Shown: in pieces, positions 58,488 to 64,000 of the stretch
How positions within the stretch are numbered: position 1 is the stretch's first letter
Layout: each line of letters begins with the position of its first letter
Source of the DNA: an uncultured candidatus Porisulfidus sp.
Lineage (GTDB): Bacteria > Pseudomonadota > Gammaproteobacteria > Poriferisulfidales > Poriferisulfidaceae
NCBI GenBank assembly: GCA_965116025.1
Contig: OZ220480.1
Span: 1,024,001 to 1,088,000 of the forward strand
Reading direction: 5' to 3'
Length of the DNA stretch: 64,000 bases
Notes under the pieces: model-generated
What the model was told of the DNA's origin: nothing
Seen by the model: only the letters and a program-made list of their open reading frames with translations
Databases searched by the model: none
Translations under genes and position numbers: made by a program

Positions 58488-60791
58488 TTAAATGAAAACC
58501 GCGACAGGATTGAGGTCGGCCTCGGCGCAGGGCGTTTCGCGCCATCCCATCGCGACCGGCACGTCGTAGAGGCGGCCGGGCGCGAACCGCGGCCAGAAGT
58601 GGCGCAGTCCCGGCACGATGGTTCGGGCGACCGGCATGCCGATATCCGGTCGGGTTTGGTCAAGCACCAGAAATTCCATGCCTTTGGCCTCGACCAGCGC
58701 GCGGCAACGTTCGACATCGTCCCGGATATCGGTCGTTTTTGGTGCCGAGTAGTCTTGGGCCACGCGCCGCGTTCGCTCGTCCGGCGCGAGATAGGAGCGC
58801 TCCGCGAGTTTCGCGTTGCGCCACCACCAGAGGCATTCTGGGTCATCATACAGGTAGCCGCCGCCGTCGGCGTCGACGTCCCGAACGGCGACCAGGTACT
58901 GGTTCAGCTCGCACAGCGCGCGGTAGGCGGCGATGTGAGGTTCGAAATGAGCCCCGGCCGAGTACAGGATGTCTTCGGCCTCCTTGTCGGTCCGGCGCGA
59001 CACCGCGACGAACACCGGGATCCCGAGATCGGAGGTGATGTCAAGCATCCAGAGATCGCGGTGGAAAGACTGGTAATATTCGCGGGCGCGGTCCAAATAG
59101 GGTTCGCCGAAACTGTCCAGATCCAGGGCGGGGAGCGATGCTCGATTGTACCACCAGCAGGCGAAGGCGTCGCGCTCCACCAGTTCGAAGAATCCTTGGA
59201 GAATGGCCTCCTCCAGCGTGTTGCCGGACGCGCAGCCGTTGGAGTCAGGGCCGCAGTAGATTTGTCCGCCCTCGTGCGGCGTGGCGAAATAGAGCATCGA
59301 AGTGGGCAGGTAGCGGTGCCGCTCCCGGGTCATCGACCATGCCGGCGTCCAGTCCATCTCCACGGCGGGATCGAAGCGCTTCGGGACGAAATTGAATCGC
59401 GCGCCGAGCGCGTTGATCTCCTCGGCATGGTCGTACTGCCAGTCGCTGAAGAGCTGGACCTCGTTGGGATGGATCGCCTCGCCATCGGCGAAGTCCTCTA
59501 GTCGTGCGCGGCGGCGGATCTCGTCGCCGTGGAACGCGCCGGAAACGCGCTCGATCGCCTCGCACAACGCGCTCGCCTCAGCCTGTTCGGGGCTGGCGCC
59601 CTTGCCCGAGCTCTTGCTCCTGAGGGTGGCGCGCAGCAGGCGCAGATTGTCGTTCCGCAGCGCGATGTTGCTACCCGACCAGTAGACATGCAGCCACGGA
59701 TCCGTCTCGCTGGTGGAGCGGATCAGCTGGGTGACCACGCCGCTCACGGGGCTCACCAGATGGCGGTAGCGGGCGATCGTCTCTCGGGGTCGCACCGAGC
59801 GCGAGCCGCCGGAGTTGGCCACCGTCCGAGGGCAGGACTTGAGCGTGACCGGAACTGGCGCTCGGTCCGGGCGGTAGAGCGCCGGGTCGCCGCAGACCCC
59901 GCATTGCGGGCGGCGGAACACCCGATGCCGGTCGCTCGCGAGGTTGTAGGCGTCGACGGAGATCACGTGTTCATGAAGCGCCGCCCTTTCCCCGAAGACG
60001 ATCCACTTGGCGATCTCGACGGCGGCGAGGCCGAGGATCGACTCGACGAGCTGGGCCGGCGCGAGGCGCCGTGGGAGCGCGCCGCTTGCGCCGGCGCGCA
60101 AGAAATTCTCGACCTCGCGGTTGCTACGGAGACGATGGGCTAGACAGGCCCAGCACGGGCCGTCGTCGCTGGGTCGGAACACCGGACCGAAGAGCGCCGT
60201 CAGGCCGCTTGGCGCCACCGGCAACCACGGAAGTCCGGACGCGAGGTGGCGACGGTTGATCTTGGCGCAGTCTTCTCCGAGAAAGTCGTCGCACACGATG
60301 ACCGAGAGGGTCGGATCGTCGTCGGTCACGGTGATGTCCATCGCCGCTAGCCGGGCGCGGAGACCGTCGCCGGTCACCGCGACCCGGACCGCGTTCAGTC
60401 GCGTCTCCGCCCAGCGCGGCGACGCTCCGCACGCGCTCCAGAAGGCCGCCATTTCCCGGCTGATCGCGGCGCCGGCGGAGACCACATAGCCCTTCGACGC
60501 CAGCGAGACCAGCGCGGTCTGGACCTCAATCGCCGAATACCGGTCCGCCAGCGTCGCGGCGATCTCGTGGCGCGAGTGGCTACCGTCAAGCAACGGCAGG
60601 ATATCGAGATAGCGTCGGCCGTGGAGGATGCCGCTGAAGGCCTCGGACACGATCAGCGCGGTCGTGTCGTCGTGCGGGCGAAAGTCGAGGTGCGGGGCCA
60701 GCATCGGCCGCTCGACCAGACCGCGGTCTTCCTCCAGACTGCACAGGATCGCCTTTGGGGGAGGGGAGACCGAAACGGGGTCCATCTTCAA
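58488..60791 (-). CDS. fused leader-binding (RRE/E1-like)-YcaO cyclodehydratase 1
   Basis: LLDGSHS RRE-like region, GPCWAC and PQCGVC Zn motifs, SSGKG, SALCEAIER, SNGCASGNTLEEAILQGFFELVERDA, PGLRHFW. Confidence 0.92.
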   Translation of the reverse strand: MKMDPVSVSPPPKAILCSLEEDRGLVERPMLAPHLDFRPHDDTTALIVSEAFSGILHGRRYLDILPLLDGSHSRHEIAATLADRYSAIEVQTALVSLASKGYVVSAGAAISREMAAFWSACGASPRWAETRLNAVRVAVTGDGLRARLAAMDITVTDDDPTLSVIVCDDFLGEDCAKINRRHLASGLPWLPVAPSGLTALFGPVFRPSDDGPCWACLAHRLRSNREVENFLRAGASGALPRRLAPAQLVESILGLAAVEIAKWIVFGERAALHEHVISVDAYNLASDRHRVFRRPQCGVCGDPALYRPDRAPVPVTLKSCPRTVANSGGSRSVRPRETIARYRHLVSPVSGVVTQLIRSTSETDPWLHVYWSGSNIALRNDNLRLLRATLRSKSSGKGASPEQAEASALCEAIERVSGAFHGDEIRRRARLEDFADGEAIHPNEVQLFSDWQYDHAEEINALGARFNFVPKRFDPAVEMDWTPAWSMTRERHRYLPTSMLYFATPHEGGQIYCGPDSNGCASGNTLEEAILQGFFELVERDAFACWWYNRASLPALDLDSFGEPYLDRAREYYQSFHRDLWMLDITSDLGIPVFVAVSRRTDKEAEDILYSAGAHFEPHIAAYRALCELNQYLVAVRDVDADGGGYLYDDPECLWWWRNAKLAERSYLAPDERTRRVAQDYSAPKTTDIRDDVERCRALVEAKGMEFLVLDQTRPDIGMPVARTIVPGLRHFWPRFAPGRLYDVPVAMGWRETPCAEADLNPVAVFI

Positions 60792-62182
60792 TCCACCTGC
60801 TCACGGTCCTTTGGGGGGCCGCCGAGAATGAAGTCGCCGACGGTGCCCTCGACCACTGGGTCCAAGCCCGTGACCCGCGCGAAACGCGCGGAGTTTCCGG
60901 TGCCCAGGCCGCACGGGGAAAGACCGAGATCGGTCGCCACGAGGTAGAGAGTCTGATAGAGCGCCCCCACATTGCGCAGAGTCACGCCATAGGCGATTGC
61001 TCGGTACTTCCACATCACCCGGGCGAAGCGGGCGCTGAACGCCAGCACGATCTGCGGATTCGCCAAGTGCCCCGTCGCCACTCTCGCGTCCTCCACGATC
61101 GCTTCCACATCGGGCGTCCGGCTAGCGATCGCGACCAGTTCATGCGTCGCCGCGTCGTAGTGGTAGAAGCCGGACTCCAAGCCGTCGCAGCGGTCGACCA
61201 CCGGATAGATCTCGAGCTCGTAGCTGGCGCCGCCGGTGGGATAGGGCCGTCTCGTGACCTCGAAATCGCAAACCTTCCCCGTGATGCCGCCGACTTGGAC
61301 CGTGGAGCGGTCGAGAATCCGCGCGGCGCGGTCAAGCAACGCGCCCAAGTCCGCCAAGGAGATCGGGCGGTCCTCGTCGTAGACCCGCTCCGAACGTCGC
61401 CGCTCGAGAACCCGCGCGAGCGATTCTCCCCCGGCATCGTCCGGCGCGCCCGGCAACGCGATCCGCCGGCCGGGCCAGGGGGGGCGAACGCCGGGCAGCG
61501 GATCGAGCTGGCCGACGAATGGAAAGATGCCGCCGATCGGGTCGGCATGCCAGCCTGGTCGATGATGCCAGTGAAACAGCAGGTCGTGAAATTCCCACTG
61601 CGCCAAGGCCTCATCGCGCGGGTCGTCTTTCGGGCGCTCGGTCTCGAGAAAACCTTCCGCGGCCAGCGCGCGCCGAATGACGGGAATGTCCAAACGGCTC
61701 GGGTCAGGGAAAAGGAAGCGCGTGCCGGCTAGCGGAGATTCCAGCACCCAGTCTTGTCCAGCACGGCGCAGGCAGGCGAAGCGATCAAGGCCGGCCTCCG
61801 GCGACGGCATGTCATCGGCGAGGCGAGGCGCATGGCCGTCCCATTGCGGTTGCATCACGGCATGCTCGCCGGCATCGTCGATGACGACCAGTTCCATCCC
61901 CCGGAACCGGTAGAGGCTCTGCAGAGCGATGAGATAGGAGGCCGCGAGTGAAGGCCCGCCGGCTTCGATGACCGCGTCGCGGAGTTCCCGCAACGGGGCA
62001 CCGTCGCGAAGCAACGCGTTGGCCTTCTCGTACGCGCTCTTGTAGGGGGCGAAAGGGGGGCCGATGCCGTACGCCGGGTCGATGACGACGAGGGATTCGC
62101 CATCCGAAGATGCCGCCAGCTTTCGCCCGGCGGGCAGGCGGGCGAGGATGGCGGGCTCCTTGATCAGGTCCAGGAATCCCAT
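60788..62182 (-). CDS. SagB/ThcOx-family FMN-dependent azoline dehydrogenase
   Basis: WEFHDLLFH, RRRSER, RPYPTGGASYELE, MWKY (Lys-Tyr motif), GALYQTLYLVAT. Confidence 0.92.
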   Translation of the reverse strand: MGFLDLIKEPAILARLPAGRKLAASSDGESLVVIDPAYGIGPPFAPYKSAYEKANALLRDGAPLRELRDAVIEAGGPSLAASYLIALQSLYRFRGMELVVIDDAGEHAVMQPQWDGHAPRLADDMPSPEAGLDRFACLRRAGQDWVLESPLAGTRFLFPDPSRLDIPVIRRALAAEGFLETERPKDDPRDEALAQWEFHDLLFHWHHRPGWHADPIGGIFPFVGQLDPLPGVRPPWPGRRIALPGAPDDAGGESLARVLERRRSERVYDEDRPISLADLGALLDRAARILDRSTVQVGGITGKVCDFEVTRRPYPTGGASYELEIYPVVDRCDGLESGFYHYDAATHELVAIASRTPDVEAIVEDARVATGHLANPQIVLAFSARFARVMWKYRAIAYGVTLRNVGALYQTLYLVATDLGLSPCGLGTGNSARFARVTGLDPVVEGTVGDFILGGPPKDREQVD

Positions 62183-62193
62183 TCGTCCCCCGA

Positions 62194-64000
62194 TCAGACG
62201 AACACCGCGACGGGGTTCAGGTTGGCTTCCGCGTTTGGCTGGGCGAGCCAGCCCATCTTGACCGGCACGTCATAGAGACGTCCGGGAGCGAATCGCGCCC
62301 AGAAATGCCGCATGCCCGGCACGATGGTTCGGGCGACCGGCATGCCGATATCCGGGCGGGTCTGGTCCAGGACCAGAAACTCCATGCCGAGATCCTCGAC
62401 CAGAGACCTGCAATGCTCGACATCCTCCCGCGTATCGGAGGTCCGGGGAGCGGGATAGCGCTCCACGCGCCGCTCGGGCAGGGTGGAGTCCGGCAACAGG
62501 TAGGGGTGATCGGTCACGCGGGCGTTCTTCCACCACCACAGGCTCTCGGGATCGTCGAAGAGATACCCGGTGCCGTCGGCTTTCACGTCCCGGACCGCGG
62601 TCAACTGCTGGTTCAGCTCGCATACGGCCCTGATGCCGGCGATATGCGGATCCAGATGGGCTCCCGCGGCGAACAGGATGTCCTCGCGATCCTTGTCCGT
62701 TCGACGCGATACCGTGGCGAACACCGGAATGCCGATGTCGTGGGTCAGGTCGATCATCCAGATGTCGCGGTGAAAGGAGGCGTAGTAGTCGCGCGCTTCG
62801 GAAAGATAGGGGTCGCCGAAGCTGTCGAGCGCCACCGCGGGAAGTCGCAGCCGGTTGTACCACCAGCAAGCGAAGGCGTCGCGCTCCACCAGCTCGAAGA
62901 ACCCTTGCAGAATGGCCTCCTCCAGGGTGTTGCCGGCCGCGCAGCCGTTCGTGTCCGGGCCGAAGAACAGCTGGTCATGCTCTTGCGGCATGGAGAAATA
63001 CAGCATTCCGGTGGGCAGGTATCGATGGCGCTCTCGCGTCAACGACCAGACCGGAGACCAGCTCATCTCCACGGTCGGATCGAAACGCTCGGGAACATAA
63101 GCGAATTTCCGTTTCAGCGCGTTGAGTTCCGCGGCATGGTCGTATTGCCAGTCGCTGTAGTGCAGAACGGTTTCCGGACGGATGGCCTCGCCCTCGCGAA
63201 AATCCGTGAAGCGGGCTCGGCGGTGGATCTCGTCTCCGCGGTAGGCGAAGGAATGTCGCTCGATGGCCTCGCATAGCGCGCTCGCCTCGGCTTGCTCGGG
63301 CGTGCTCCCCTTCCCGGAATTCAGCGAGCGGACGCTGTTGCGCAAAGCCAGGAGGCTACGCGCTTGCATGGCGAGGTTGGCGCCGGCCACATTGACATGC
63401 AACCAGGAATCCCGCTCATCGGTGATGCGCAGCAACCGGTTCACCACTCCCGTGACCGGACTGACGAGGTGCCGGTATCGGCGCACGGTGTCTTGTGGCT
63501 GCACGGCGCGAAAACCGCCGCTGGTCCGCACCGGTTTTGGGCTCGGGGAAAGTCGCACGGGCGAGGCCGGGCGGTCGACACGAAACAGCGCCGGGTCGCC
63601 GCAGGACTGGCACTGTGGCCGCCGCGCGACCGGATGGATAGAGGTCTCCATGCCGAGAGACTCCAACGCCATGGTATGGTCGTGGAGCGCGGCGCTTTCG
63701 CCGAAGACGACCCATTTCGCGAGTTCCAGGGCCGCCAGCCCGATCACGATGTCGAACAAGCGATCAGGCGTGCTTGAGGGGAACGCGAAGCCGGCCGGGA
63801 GGCCGCGCAGATAGTTCGCTACCTCGATATTGCTACCGATCCGGCTCGCGAGGCAGTCCCAGCATGGCGCGTCCTCATCACCGGGGCGGAACACCGGACC
63901 GAGCAGAGAAAAAACGCCCGCTGGCTTGACTAGAGCCCACGGAACGCCCGATTCCAGATGAACGCGGTTGGTTCGCGCGTGGGCTTCGTCCAGGTAATCG
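62194..64000 (-). CDS. fused leader-binding-YcaO cyclodehydratase 2 (5' end outside window)
   Basis: Frame is open to the window edge (DYLDEAHARTNRVHLESGVPWALVKP...); PCWDC, PQCQSC, NSGKG, SALCEAIER, NGCAAGNTLEEAILQGFFELVERDA. Confidence 0.92.
   Translation of the reverse strand, partial: DYLDEAHARTNRVHLESGVPWALVKPAGVFSLLGPVFRPGDEDAPCWDCLASRIGSNIEVANYLRGLPAGFAFPSSTPDRLFDIVIGLAALELAKWVVFGESAALHDHTMALESLGMETSIHPVARRPQCQSCGDPALFRVDRPASPVRLSPSPKPVRTSGGFRAVQPQDTVRRYRHLVSPVTGVVNRLLRITDERDSWLHVNVAGANLAMQARSLLALRNSVRSLNSGKGSTPEQAEASALCEAIERHSFAYRGDEIHRRARFTDFREGEAIRPETVLHYSDWQYDHAAELNALKRKFAYVPERFDPTVEMSWSPVWSLTRERHRYLPTGMLYFSMPQEHDQLFFGPDTNGCAAGNTLEEAILQGFFELVERDAFACWWYNRLRLPAVALDSFGDPYLSEARDYYASFHRDIWMIDLTHDIGIPVFATVSRRTDKDREDILFAAGAHLDPHIAGIRAVCELNQQLTAVRDVKADGTGYLFDDPESLWWWKNARVTDHPYLLPDSTLPERRVERYPAPRTSDTREDVEHCRSLVEDLGMEFLVLDQTRPDIGMPVARTIVPGMRHFWARFAPGRLYDVPVKMGWLAQPNAEANLNPVAVFV

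Noticed and set aside
58442-58849. N-terminal extension of the TolC ORF, or a hidden Cys/Ser/Thr-rich precursor peptide
   Set aside because: Alternate-frame overlap with the YcaO-1 3' end; no NHLP/Nif11 leader or GG motif recognisable.
50442-64000. RiPP precursor gene within the visible cluster
   Set aside because: Intergenic gaps are too short and no leader-like small ORF was found; the precursor is presumably beyond position 64000.
58488-64000. YcaO as a thioamide-forming (TfuA-dependent) enzyme
   Set aside because: No TfuA is visible; the E1-like fusion and adjacent SagB/ThcOx oxidase fit azoline/azole formation.

Overview
GC-rich gammaproteobacterial chromosome segment, probably from a sulfur-oxidising and possibly host-associated (e.g. 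sponge-symbiont-like) organism; that lifestyle is an inference. The housekeeping backbone contains metY, ispG/ispH/ispA, a squalene-synthase-like gene, bioD/bioA, mutM, ggt, coaD, rsmD, an M16 peptidase pair, rpoH, trpEGDC, tatA, rpe, two carbonic anhydrases, tRNA-Arg(CCT), tRNA-Val(CAC) and soxXYZAKB plus soxW, with no soxCD in the window. Accessory modules interrupt this backbone. (i) A signalling locus links a periplasmic binding protein and a sensor kinase to a partner-switching cascade (REC-PP2C, RsbW-like kinase, two STAS proteins) and has no sigma factor. (ii) An AT-rich single-chain restriction-modification gene is split by a 22-G tract (OFF), and an autotransporter carries an in-frame 24-G tract (ON); both look like phase-variable contingency loci. 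(iii) An SfiI-family R-M pair and a ParA/unknown pair lie where ftsYEX usually sits. (iv) There are two predicted toxin-antitoxin modules: XRE-ImmA/IrrE + PIN, and C5-MTase + DUF433 + PIN. (v) At the right edge is a RiPP cluster with two paralogous leader-binding/YcaO cyclodehydratases, one SagB/ThcOx dehydrogenase and a full NHLP-type export system with TolC; its precursor peptide(s) lie outside the window. All calls come from motif reading and remembered family features; no searches were run.
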